The notes: generated by a model from the letters alone, not told the origin. Counted from the first letter of the stretch, positions 28,336 through 37,584 are shown. The stretch: 64,000 bases of DNA from Bacillota bacterium (GCA_023441055.1 JAEZQY010000029.1:207328-271327), one strand, 5' to 3'. Made by a program: numbers and translations.

Positions 28336-29142
28336 TTACTTCATAGGCTGGCTGGATTGCATGGCATGACTCTTATAATCCGTAGGTGAGACACCGAACT
28401 GCTTCTTGAACATTCTGCTGAAGTAGAATTGATCACTGATTCCAACCGCTGAAGCGACCTCCTTCATATAGGTCTGGCCTTTCATAATTAATTCCGCTGC
28501 CTTGTTCATCCGTATATAATTGATATATTGAAATAAGCTCATCCCTACTTGCTCCCTGAATACGCGGCTCAAGTAGTTCTCGCTGAAATTAACATGATTC
28601 GCGATCATTTCTAATGTAAGCTTATCCCGGTAATGCAACCCGATATAGCTAATGACATCGGCAATTTCTTTCTTAGTCACAGTCGAATCAACAGCTCCAG
28701 GAGCATCTGTCCAGAAGCTCAGAGTATCAAAGGCTTCCACGGCGTTCGTTAATACCGCCTCTGAGCTTTTACTTTCCCATACCTTGGTTTTATTCGCCTC
28801 ATATTGCTCAGCATTCATCACTGTAATTTTATTGTCGCTTAGCGGGATATAATCCAAGCATTTGTTGATGCAGGTTTTCAGTGCCGAAGGATGAATCCGA
28901 TGCTGATGGCATTGTTCTATAAAGGTTTCTACCATCAGCGGAATAGAAGCACTATCATCATTATATAAAGAAGACAGAATGGATTTGGAGAAATCCACAT
29001 AGTTCATGAATGCGATGTCATGATGGAAGACGATGTCATCGCAACGGATAACGGAATGTTCTTCATAGAAGGTAATCGCGATAGCTTCTTTACAAGCCTG
29101 ATACTTCTGCCTAGCCTCTTGATAACCGTATAGCTCCAGTCT
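28336..29142 (-). pseudogene. AraC-family (possibly YesN-type) regulator, 5'-truncated
   Basis: The C-terminal AraC HTH is intact (...NYLSRVFREQVGMSLFQYINYIRMNKAAELI...ISDQFYFSRMFKKQFGVSPTDYK). The frame stays open 45 codons upstream of the listed ATG (29007) to a TGA at 29143-29145, with no start or RBS. Composition changes abruptly there. Confidence 0.6.
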
Positions 29143-29191
29143 TCATTGTTGGTGTGCTATTACGCATTGATTTTCCGCGCCTAGTGTATAT

Positions 29192-29316
29192 ATGTTAATG
29201 TCACAAGACGCGAAAATAGGAATGTTTGTGTCACAGGATCACTACAAAAACATTCCTACGTAAATAGTGGATAGCCATGATGTTATACTATTCTTAAAAT
29301 GTATGTTGGTGTCACT
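29192..29316 (+). repeat. three direct copies of ATGTTnnTGTCAC at the island's left edge, plus a 10-bp inverted repeat
   Basis: atgttaatgtcaca (29192), atgtttgtgtcaca (29222), atgttggtgtcact (29303). aggaatgttt/aaacattcct flank the second copy. A weaker copy, ttgttggtgtgcta, lies at about 29147. Confidence 0.6.
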
Positions 29317-29421
29317 GTATACCCCTTCACTCTTCATTATAAACAATAGTCCGATCCTAAATTGATAGATTTTCTAGTCCAGAACTTGTCCATAATCGCC
29401 AAATGCCTAAACAAATGATTC

Positions 29422-30108
29422 CTACCTGCTATCAAAATGGAGGTAAGCATGCTTAAGTTGTGCTTTATTATGAATATTTTTTTCTTGATAGTTTATATTG
29501 AAATTGTCGATGATTATGGCTGCCGCTTTTCCGCTTAAGTCTTCCTCCCACCCATCAACACCAAGTATTTCTTTAGCCTCTTCATCATTTGAAAAAACGA
29601 TGATTGGATCTCTTAAATCGTGGGATAATCTCGGCAAGTTGTTAGACGTGGCTTCATCAACTGTAAAGAGTAGCGTTCCCTCCCCTGTTGCATCAATATC
29701 TGTATACAGGAATTTTCCTGTTAAAATAGTTGTGCCAGTGAATTGAATAGTTCCAACTGGTATATCATCCGAATGAGATATGTTTAATTCCTCCACCTCC
29801 ATGCCGGCAATTGTGTTTCCCCTTTTTGTATTATTGGCGGAGAATATATTCGTATCATTAATGGTGATTGTTTTATCCGATTCATTATAATTTACTCTTG
29901 CACCTAGATTCTCAGCAATAAATCTTACAGGGACATACGCCCTATTATTGTAATTTATCGTTACATACCCTTCTTCTACATTCATTTTGTGATTATTTAT
30001 CTCGTATGAAACTGGGAAAAGAATTGCTTCTATAGAATCTTTAGCGTAAACAATTGATGAAGAAAATATAGTTACTAACCCAAGAACTAATAATATTTTA
30101 TTCTTCAT
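29422..30108 (-). CDS. secreted copper-amine-oxidase N-terminal (stalk) domain protein
   Basis: Signal peptide MKNKILLVLGLVTIFSSSIVYA|KD and ...NNRAYVPVRFIAENLGARVNYNESDKTITIN.... Start taken at the ATG at 30108. Confidence 0.65.
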   Translation of the reverse strand: MKNKILLVLGLVTIFSSSIVYAKDSIEAILFPVSYEINNHKMNVEEGYVTINYNNRAYVPVRFIAENLGARVNYNESDKTITINDTNIFSANNTKRGNTIAGMEVEELNISHSDDIPVGTIQFTGTTILTGKFLYTDIDATGEGTLLFTVDEATSNNLPRLSHDLRDPIIVFSNDEEAKEILGVDGWEEDLSGKAAAIIIDNFNINYQEKNIHNKAQLKHAYLHFDSR

Positions 30109-30124
30109 AATGGACCTCATTTCA

Positions 30125-31717
30125 TTATTTATAGAACAAATTGAAGGTTTTATCGATAATATTACCAAGTTCTTGGCCACGAACTTGATTTTCTAAAAAT
30201 TCAGCTATTTTAATATCGAAGTCTTCATCAATATTTTTTGAAAATGTACTGTTGAGGAATAAATCGTTATATTGTTCAGAGTCAGCTAAATTAAATAAAT
30301 CTAATATCTTATGATAAAACCATACCGAATCTAATGTTTCTTCGTTATTGATACCGGCCTGATAACCCCATTGTATCCAACTATCTTGCAATTTAACAGC
30401 ATTGTCAAACAGGGTAGGAAAAAGCATGGTTTTGAATTCTTCATATTCTTTTGACACATTGAAATCTTCTATTTCTGTGTACATATAATTTTTGTATTCA
30501 TTCCAATGAATATTAAAACTCTCCATCTGGTCTTTATCCCAGTAATATTCTGGTTCATGTGAACGTGGATCAAACTTGGAAATAGGTCTTCCCTCTTTAT
30601 CTACATAATAGGACCAGTAATTACTTCCAGTTACATTATTAATGATTCGCCATAAAGAAACACTTTCTAGTGAATGGTAATGATCAGTGGGAATCGGCTC
30701 TAAATCCTGGGAAATCAATATTTCATTTCGTCCCACAAGTTTTGGGGCGATTATTAAGTGAGCTTCATACTCATGTTCTTCACTTAAACTGTTTGTCCTG
30801 TGTATGGCATAAAAAGTAGTGTCATTTAAAGGTTCGGGGACAAATTCAATAAAGTCCTTTGAAACAAATCCCTCGTATTCATTTATAAAGGGGTTTTTCT
30901 CCATACTACTGTCGTGATCTTCCATCATAGATGTAGCATCTTCGTTTAATATATGAATGCGTATTTTATAATATTCTGTTCCTTCATCGGACAGGATGAT
31001 CCCGCTCTCTCCCCTCATTAACTCAAACCATTCCTCGGTTCCCTTAATATCTTTAAGAAAGGGAATGTTGTTGTCGTTGATATAAAATACTTTATCTTCG
31101 CCCTTATACTTTGGCATGATTAGGCTTTTTTCGCTCCTATCCACCTCGTTAATCCATGTTGTCTTCATCTGTGTAGTCAATTTATTCGGACTCAGAACTA
31201 GTTCTTTCGTGGATTCATATTTCGACCCATCGACAAACGTCAAGTTATCCGGGAGATAAAGTATTACAAGTTCAGGCGGCAAGGTTTGATTGATTGATCC
31301 TATTGATATTTTGTTATTATCTATCGAGTAAAAGTAATTATTTAGATTTGATTCGGAATTTTCCATTCCAATAGGTATATATCTCCCGCCCTGAAAAAAG
31401 TAAACCCCATAATCGGAGTTCTCCGCAATGTCTTGACCGAAAGTTATTTCAATTTTTTGATCCAAGGAGGAACTATAATTAATTATAGAATTATCAAAAT
31501 CATTGTCGTTATACAGCCCGTATTTAAACCCTGGGATTGTTATTGATACAATGCTCTTCCCTCTCTCGTCTTGTTGTGGGCTTACGCTTATCTCATTATG
31601 CTTAAGTTCCGACAATCTCGGGTAATAAAACACTAAAGTGCAAATAGCAACAATTGCTATGGAGATCCATATATATCTTTTATAGTTAATGATAATCCCT
31701 CCTCGTTCATACAACAA
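30125..31717 (-). CDS. N-terminally membrane-anchored hypothetical protein (about 530 aa), no recognisable family
   Basis: One TM helix (YIWISIAIVAICTLVFYY), then a Tyr/Asn/Glu/Asp-rich extracytoplasmic body. Long uninterrupted ORF within an operon. Start codon uncertain (see findings). Confidence 0.6.
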   Translation of the reverse strand: MLYERGGIIINYKRYIWISIAIVAICTLVFYYPRLSELKHNEISVSPQQDERGKSIVSITIPGFKYGLYNDNDFDNSIINYSSSLDQKIEITFGQDIAENSDYGVYFFQGGRYIPIGMENSESNLNNYFYSIDNNKISIGSINQTLPPELVILYLPDNLTFVDGSKYESTKELVLSPNKLTTQMKTTWINEVDRSEKSLIMPKYKGEDKVFYINDNNIPFLKDIKGTEEWFELMRGESGIILSDEGTEYYKIRIHILNEDATSMMEDHDSSMEKNPFINEYEGFVSKDFIEFVPEPLNDTTFYAIHRTNSLSEEHEYEAHLIIAPKLVGRNEILISQDLEPIPTDHYHSLESVSLWRIINNVTGSNYWSYYVDKEGRPISKFDPRSHEPEYYWDKDQMESFNIHWNEYKNYMYTEIEDFNVSKEYEEFKTMLFPTLFDNAVKLQDSWIQWGYQAGINNEETLDSVWFYHKILDLFNLADSEQYNDLFLNSTFSKNIDEDFDIKIAEFLENQVRGQELGNIIDKTFNLFYK

Positions 31718-31718
31718 T

Positions 31719-31748
31719 CATATAGGAGGGCATTCCCCCTCCTATATG
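31719..31748 (-). promoter_or_regulatory. intercistronic 12-bp-stem hairpin between the M23 gene and the 530-aa gene
   Basis: catataggaggg-(6 nt)-ccctcctatatg, followed on the minus strand by ATTGTTGTATG. Confidence 0.5.
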
Positions 31749-31784
31749 ATTCCTGGTTTACACAAATTCATCGTTTCTTAGGGA

Positions 31785-33092
31785 CTAGTGTTCTATATTC
31801 CTAATAAAATCTCCTTCTACATTAAGTCTAGTTTGATTCTTATCTTGGAAGTTTCCAGACACAAGGTATTCCTTACCTACGGAAAGCTCAGGGGCAAGAG
31901 CTGGGTATAACACATTAATGACATAGCTATCATCATTTGAAATTACTTCCCATTCATTTTCCCCTACATTTCTCACCAGTTCCACGCTGTTAATAAAATC
32001 GAACTCCAGGACGTTCACTGTATCAGGGATGTCCACTTTAACTGGTTCTACTGCAGTGGCATACATAGATTCCGTATAGATATCGGAGTTAGCACCCTTC
32101 GCTAGCAATGAAGTGCTTACAAAGAATGGTCTATCCGTAGGGGCCTGATTATCATACCGGTATGGTCTATATCCTGTATAATATGTTGTCCCATTATACG
32201 AGTTGTTCTCTGCCTCGACGTAGTATTGGAGGGTATCAGAGGTCCCATAGAGAGGTGTTAAGTTGCCTGTAAATGTGATATCATCTGATGCTACCGTCAT
32301 AGATGTACTACTCCATGATGTCATGTTACCATTTTTATAGAACAGCTTTACCTTACTCGGAGGGGATGTTCTTAAGACACCACTATAAATTGACTGGATT
32401 TGAAACGTTACCGACGATGAACTTGCTGCTGTTCTTGTTATAAAGGACATCTTATTTGCATAACTTCCACCCTTATGTTGGTAGAAGTATGATGGCGCAT
32501 ATCTTTTCATGGTATTTGTATCAGTAGCTGAGGCACCTCTAAATTCTAAATGCAAGTGAATCGGATAAGAGCTCTCCGTTGTGCCTGATCCACCTGTTTG
32601 ACCAATATTCGTTGTATTTGTTACGGAAGTAGCGCTAGTAACGTTAACACTTGCTAAATGTGCATAAAAAGACTGCACATAGTAATCTGTTCCCCCAGAG
32701 GTTACTTTGTGTTGGACAAGGGCATATCTACCATATGTGCTTCCTAATGTAGTCCTTAATTGGTAGACCTCCCCGTTCCCTAGAACACTGAAAGCATCTC
32801 TACCAGCCGTTCCTGTAGCATTCCTTGAACGTAAATCAACACCAGCATGACCGGATGTTCGGGGCTCGCTATATGGTGCAGTAATAACTACATCATCGTC
32901 GGTGCCTGTACCTGTGTCTCCAACTCTTAATGCGCTCTTCGCATTAATTGTTACTGAACTAATTGTAGGATACCCTGACTCTGATACTTCATCCGCTTCC
33001 ATGAATAGGTGTGCTGCGAAACCCGCTGAAGGGAAAACTGAAATAACCATTAATAGTACCATTAAGAAAGAAAAAGCATGACGAATTTTCAT
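31785..33092 (-). CDS. secreted M23-family metallopeptidase with unassigned ~250-aa C-terminal extension
   Basis: HxxxD (GHAGVDL), YAHL, and HxH (IHLHLEF) motifs. Signal peptide ...VFPSAGFA|AH. SD GGAGG before the ATG at 33092. Confidence 0.75.
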   Translation of the reverse strand: MKIRHAFSFLMVLLMVISVFPSAGFAAHLFMEADEVSESGYPTISSVTINAKSALRVGDTGTGTDDDVVITAPYSEPRTSGHAGVDLRSRNATGTAGRDAFSVLGNGEVYQLRTTLGSTYGRYALVQHKVTSGGTDYYVQSFYAHLASVNVTSATSVTNTTNIGQTGGSGTTESSYPIHLHLEFRGASATDTNTMKRYAPSYFYQHKGGSYANKMSFITRTAASSSSVTFQIQSIYSGVLRTSPPSKVKLFYKNGNMTSWSSTSMTVASDDITFTGNLTPLYGTSDTLQYYVEAENNSYNGTTYYTGYRPYRYDNQAPTDRPFFVSTSLLAKGANSDIYTESMYATAVEPVKVDIPDTVNVLEFDFINSVELVRNVGENEWEVISNDDSYVINVLYPALAPELSVGKEYLVSGNFQDKNQTRLNVEGDFIRNIEH

Positions 33093-33575
33093 CTTCAATT
33101 CCTCCATCTTCATTTTTTTAAAAACTCCCAACTTCGCTCTTAACCAGATGAAAGGGCAGCTATAAACCTTTGTTATCCATTCGCATGACCCCCAATTATC
33201 ATTTATTAGGCGACTGGAAAGTGTGAAACTAAATTATGACGGCCTTACTTATATAGACTTATGGTTCGTCTCCCTTATAACGTTTTCATAACTAATTACT
33301 ATTCTAAACAATGTCCATCTTCTAATAGTGTTTCTATCATGCAATCGTTCCGACAGAAGAATAACGAATCATTGCCGCAATATGAAGATTGTAAACTCAG
33401 ATCATAAGGGGAACTACCCGAAGGAATATTGTATTATATATTTAACATCAAGCTATAAAGTCCAAACTATAATATCATTATATGTAATTGGGTCATTCTC
33501 GAAATATTGGTGTGATTTTGATCTCTCATATTCATATTCTTATTTAGAATTAAGAGAAGGGACAGTGCTAATGAA

Positions 33576-34142
33576 ATGAAATGGTACTACCTGCTACATC
33601 AATTAGATACTCTTCCTTCAGAAATACAGAAGACTATTTACCAGTATTTTTTTGATGCGTTTTATAAAGATGTGTACTATATCCTGAAGGATCACTCACT
33701 AACGGAAGATATAATTCAAGAATCTTTTATGAAAGTAATAACAACATCGCAGAAGTATGAGGTGAAAAACCCCAGTTCATGGATGAAACAGGTGGTTCGG
33801 AATCACACAATAGATTATTTAAAGAAAGTAAAAAAAGTGCGTTATTCAGAGGAGTATAATGACATCTCTATAACTGAGGACTATTTATTTGACAATGATT
33901 CGCTCTTCGTCGAGGATGAAGTTGAGAAATCCCTTGAAATCGAAGCATTACGCCACTCTATACTTGAATTGAAACAAGACTATCAACTATTAATTAAGCT
34001 TCACTATATTGATGAACTGTCTTATAAAGAGATTGCAACGACATTGAATTTATCAGAACCAGCAGTAGGCCAAAAACTACTCCGTGCAAGAAAGAAGCTG
34101 TTAAAGATTTTTAAACGGAAATGGGTGAACGGTAGTGAGTAA
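33576..34142 (+). CDS. ECF-type sigma-70 factor
   Basis: Region 2 (...HSLTEDIIQESFMKVI...W..QVVRNHTIDYLKK) and region 4 (...LIKLHYIDELSYKEIATTLNLSEPAVGQKLLRARKKL). Confidence 0.8.
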   Translation: MKWYYLLHQLDTLPSEIQKTIYQYFFDAFYKDVYYILKDHSLTEDIIQESFMKVITTSQKYEVKNPSSWMKQVVRNHTIDYLKKVKKVRYSEEYNDISITEDYLFDNDSLFVEDEVEKSLEIEALRHSILELKQDYQLLIKLHYIDELSYKEIATTLNLSEPAVGQKLLRARKKLLKIFKRKWVNGSE

Positions 34143-34911
34143 TAACAAGTCTCACAGAGAAGAGTTAATCAAAGAGGTAATACAGCGAATTTACGATGAG
34201 ATTGAAGTACCAGATAGTACAGCGTCATGGAAAGTAATTGAGAAACGCTTGAAGAGAAGAAAGCGTGTTAAAAGAAGTATGAGAATGTTGCAATTAAGTA
34301 GTGTTATTATTATATGTGCATTTATGATGAATTTATTATGGATGGCCGTGTTACCTACAGCCCACTCGCAAATTTCAGAGTTATTTAAAAAGATGAACGA
34401 CAATTTCACGGAAATCTTCCACAAGGATACGAAGCAACCTTCTATCGATAAGGCTAGAACAACAGTACCCCCAGATGATTCAAATGATGGAAGTGCGGAT
34501 AATAATTCGATTAAAGATGTCTCCTTTGAGTATGCAAAGGATAGAACATCGTTTCGACTAAAGGAGCCTACTTACATTCCAAAAGGTTATGAGGTAGAGG
34601 TTGTGCGTGCATTTGAAAGTTCCGGAGTAATCAGCAATGTTCAAATGAAATATAGTAATTCAGACCAAGAAGTGATAACTATAATGCAACAAAAGGTTGA
34701 AGCTGATTCGCATACTCCAATTAAATCTACAATTGCTGTTGATTCGGGTACTTTCAAAGATGTCACTATTAATAATAGTCGGGCAATACTACTGATAGCG
34801 AACAAAGGGAACTCCGTTATAGAATGGGTCGAGGAAGGTGAAATAATTATACGTATATCTGGGGCATTAACAGAAACAGAAATCATTAAGATTGCTTCTT
34901 CATTACAATGA
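34135..34911 (+). CDS. single-pass anti-sigma factor with DUF4367-like extracytoplasmic domain
   Basis: GTG start overlaps the sigma stop by 8 nt. Short cytoplasmic N-terminus, one TM helix (LQLSSVIIICAFMMNLLWMAVL), and a C-terminal domain with ...LKEPTYIPKGYEV.... Confidence 0.65.
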   Translation: MSNNKSHREELIKEVIQRIYDEIEVPDSTASWKVIEKRLKRRKRVKRSMRMLQLSSVIIICAFMMNLLWMAVLPTAHSQISELFKKMNDNFTEIFHKDTKQPSIDKARTTVPPDDSNDGSADNNSIKDVSFEYAKDRTSFRLKEPTYIPKGYEVEVVRAFESSGVISNVQMKYSNSDQEVITIMQQKVEADSHTPIKSTIAVDSGTFKDVTINNSRAILLIANKGNSVIEWVEEGEIIIRISGALTETEIIKIASSLQ

Positions 34912-35037
34912 GAAGGAGGATATCCCCTAGGGGTTCTGATAGTTTTTTAATTGAAGAGAAACATGCATTCCGTTCCCTTTAGATGATTCCCTAGAATAAG
35001 TACCCGCTTTTTGGTGATTTACTTATACAAATAGTTG

Positions 35038-35063
35038 ATTCCCCGCAGTAAGCTGCGGGGAAT
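35038..35063. terminator. hairpin between convergent genes
   Basis: attccccgcag-taag-ctgcggggaat. Confidence 0.5.
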
Positions 35064-35076
35064 CATAAAGGAAAGA

Positions 35077-35544
35077 TCAGTCAACCACAAGTAGCGACGA
35101 GGTATACCTCACCCCATCCTCAAGGACATTATTATACTCAACCCAATGAGTCGTTTTTATTCGGTAATAATAACCAGTTAATACATTTATCTTTCTACTG
35201 GAGAATGAATAGGAATCGTTATAAAAAACAGAGTTAGCCCCAAAATCCTCATTGATCCACACACTACCAGTCCATCTTTGTAAGGTGACCTGGACTCCAA
35301 CCACATCCACATCAAATGTAGCAAACGTGTGTCCATAAACGCTCACCTCTCCATCACCCAAATCGAACATCCCCCCATATCCATCTTCCAAGTAGTCATA
35401 GCTTGGATCGAAAATAGTGTAAGGCATATAATTTGGTGGTGGTCCCGTCAACGGTTGAGTTGTCGAGGCAATTGCCTGCGTGGGGACAATTAGTGCAAAT
35501 GCAATCGTAATTCCAATGAATAACTTCACATACTTGTGTGACAA
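35077..35544 (-). CDS. small secreted beta-rich hypothetical protein
   Basis: Signal peptide ...LIVPTQAIA|ST. No family recognised. Confidence 0.5.
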   Translation of the reverse strand: MSHKYVKLFIGITIAFALIVPTQAIASTTQPLTGPPPNYMPYTIFDPSYDYLEDGYGGMFDLGDGEVSVYGHTFATFDVDVVGVQVTLQRWTGSVWINEDFGANSVFYNDSYSFSSRKINVLTGYYYRIKTTHWVEYNNVLEDGVRYTSSLLVVD

Positions 35545-35765
35545 TTAAATCCCTCCTCAAAATGTGCTTACATAAATATAAGACGGCGCATTTCGAGGTT
35601 ATATAACGATATTAATCAGGAAAATGTTAAAAATATTTTATCCATCATGAAATGGTATGAATAAATAGTTTTCATGGAAACTAGGTAGCACTTTCGCATC
35701 CCATACAACAAAACCCTAGTAATAATTTCATTTGCGTTTGAGGCGTCAATTTGATTAATCCCTCA

Positions 35766-36083
35766 CTAGAAAAATACTTGTATAATCCATCTAGCGTGAA
35801 TGACCATAATGAGGATGTAAACGAAAATGATAACTCGCAATAGCCATAAGAATAAAACACTTAAAAACTTAACTTCTTCAAATTTATAGGAAAACATCCC
35901 CACACCAAACATGATAGCTGATATCCATATCTTCAGAAATAGAAAACTTAGGGGATGCGTGAATAACAAGGAGTTCATAAACGGGTTCATTTCAATCATA
36001 TATCCGCTAACATAGCCCAAATACGACACGACTCCATCAAGAACGTTTAATAGTGCAAACACGAAAAACAACCTCTTCAACAT
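35766..36083 (-). CDS. DUF5658-family small membrane protein
   Basis: ...LLNVLDGVVSYLGYVSGYMIEMNPFM... with 3-4 TM helices. Confidence 0.55.
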   Translation of the reverse strand: MLKRLFFVFALLNVLDGVVSYLGYVSGYMIEMNPFMNSLLFTHPLSFLFLKIWISAIMFGVGMFSYKFEEVKFLSVLFLWLLRVIIFVYILIMVIHARWIIQVFF

Positions 36084-36109
36084 AAAGTATCAGCTCTCTT
36101 ATAACTTTA

Positions 36110-36757
36110 GTTTTCTCAATCACAAAACAAACTGGCGACATCCTTATTCATATATTCAAAGTTGCACTGAGCCCTCCATGCTTTTTCTAACCAAATCGTT
36201 TACTTATAGAATAGGCCAGTCGGGCTGTAGAACATCGGCATCAAGTACGTTTTACCGTCGTTATAGGGATTCGTAATTGTCGTGTCTGTGAATCCAGGAA
36301 TGATCTTCTCACTTACAGTGAACTCCTCACCAGGTACCTTCATAGCGAGTACATCCGTCAGATCCGTCATATTGTTATCCTTGACGAAGGTTTCTGTAAG
36401 CCCTTTCGGTTGACCTACTGCTAAATGGATAGCGTCTGGGAAATCACCGGATTTCATCGTTGGTCCGATAACATCCTCGATGTTCTTCTCAATGGTCATC
36501 TCAACCTTGACACCAGGAACCTTGCTCTCGAATGCAGCGGCTACTTCTTCCCATACCGCCTTACCATAAGCCGTCTCCAGTGCCGCGAACTTCATTGTGC
36601 GAACCTCATTAGAGGAACCATTAGACGAGCCGTTCGATGAGCTATTAGCTGGGTTGCTTGATGAATTGCTTTGCTCTGAATTGCCATTCGATGAACCACA
36701 AGCGGCCAGCATAACTACCATCATCACCGCAAGTACTAAGGCTGCCATCTTTTTCAT
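36110..36757 (-). pseudogene. N-terminal fragment of a family-1 sugar ABC substrate-binding lipoprotein (inverted relative to its C-terminal half)
   Basis: SD GAGGAGG, MKKMAALVLAVMMVVMLAAC|GSS lipobox, Ser/Asn linker, and N-lobe to ...YLMPMFYSPTGLFYK-TAA. The same frame continues SBP-like (TIWLEKAW..NFEYM..). Confidence 0.7.
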
Positions 36758-36827
36758 TCTGTTACCCTCCTCGATTTTTGGAATAACGAATACCGTGCTA
36801 TTCATTCCTCTCTACTTTCACTATCAG

Positions 36828-37580
36828 ATTACCTTTACAAAATCATATCCGGAATACTTGGAGGAAATCCTATATCCATCACTGGCGAATGCCGCTGGCC
36901 TTGCACAGCTGAAGAGAATTTATGCATTCGAGCCCGGCTCCTTTCAGACTGCGTCTGTAAAAAAGGTGTTGGACACGATTGCCAGGATCGGAAACGGTGG
37001 GTATTTGATGGAGGGGACAGTCGGACTTAATCACACCCAATCCCAAACCGATATGATGCTTGGCAAAGCCATATTCATCGTGAATGGTTCATGGATGGAG
37101 AATGAAATGAAGGATGCGCCAAGAGAAGAGGGCTTCGAATTCGGGATGATTCCTGTGCCTGTGTTCAATGCAGGGGATGAACGTTATATCCTTTCTAGTT
37201 ATGAGCAATTCTCTATCCCGCTTAAGGCCAAGAACCCTGAGCTTGCGAAGGAGTTCTTGAAGTTTCTGTACACCGAGGAATCCGTCATCTTATTCGCAGA
37301 GAAGTCCAACGGTACCTTCGCGCTGAAAGGAGCGCAGGAGCTTTCGCGAAACTATCTCACCCCTGGTGTGTATGATATGCTCAGCGCTTATGAAGGAGCG
37401 ACGGCTATTACGCAGGAATGGCATATTATCCCTATGCAATTCAAGGAGGATATTCGAAATCAATTGTTCAAAAAAGCGATAACGCCGATTATGACAGGAC
37501 AAATGACCACGGAGGAATGGATGAATCAAGTGGAGAAGGCGTTTGCCGACATCCAATCCACGATGAACACACCGCAATAA
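36828..37580 (+). pseudogene. C-terminal fragment of the same substrate-binding protein
   Basis: ITFTKSYPEYLEEILYPSLANAAG...GTVGLNHTQSQTDMMLGKAIFIVNGSWMENEMKDAP...NPELAKEFLKFLYTEES.... No start, RBS or signal peptide. The listed ORF's first ~75 codons are antisense read-through of the N-fragment. Confidence 0.7.
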
Positions 37581-37584
37581 CAAG

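Larger units (their letters stand above)
29146..36110. other. AT-rich genomic island (about 7 kb) of foreign composition, no mobility genes
   Basis: By eye about one-third GC against about half GC in the flanks. Bounded by a truncated regulator and a broken SBP gene. All ORFs are envelope or regulatory. Confidence 0.6.

Noticed and set aside
29192-29240. TGTCACA motifs considered as ECF41-type promoters (TGTCACA-N16-CGTC)
   Set aside because: No CGTC lies at the required spacing after any copy. No plus-strand gene lies downstream. The ECF41-like sigma gene is 12 kb away.
33328-33579. 83-aa plus-strand ORF upstream of the island's ECF sigma gene
   Set aside because: The region is very AT-rich with no SD, and the product is low-complexity and Tyr/Ile/Ser/Lys-rich. 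It occupies the divergent promoter region. I also searched here for an AAC-N16/17-CGT ECF promoter and found none convincing.
36597-36827. First ~77 codons of the listed 327-aa plus-strand ORF
   Set aside because: This part is antisense read-through of the SBP N-terminal fragment and its RBS. SBP-like sequence only begins at about 36828.
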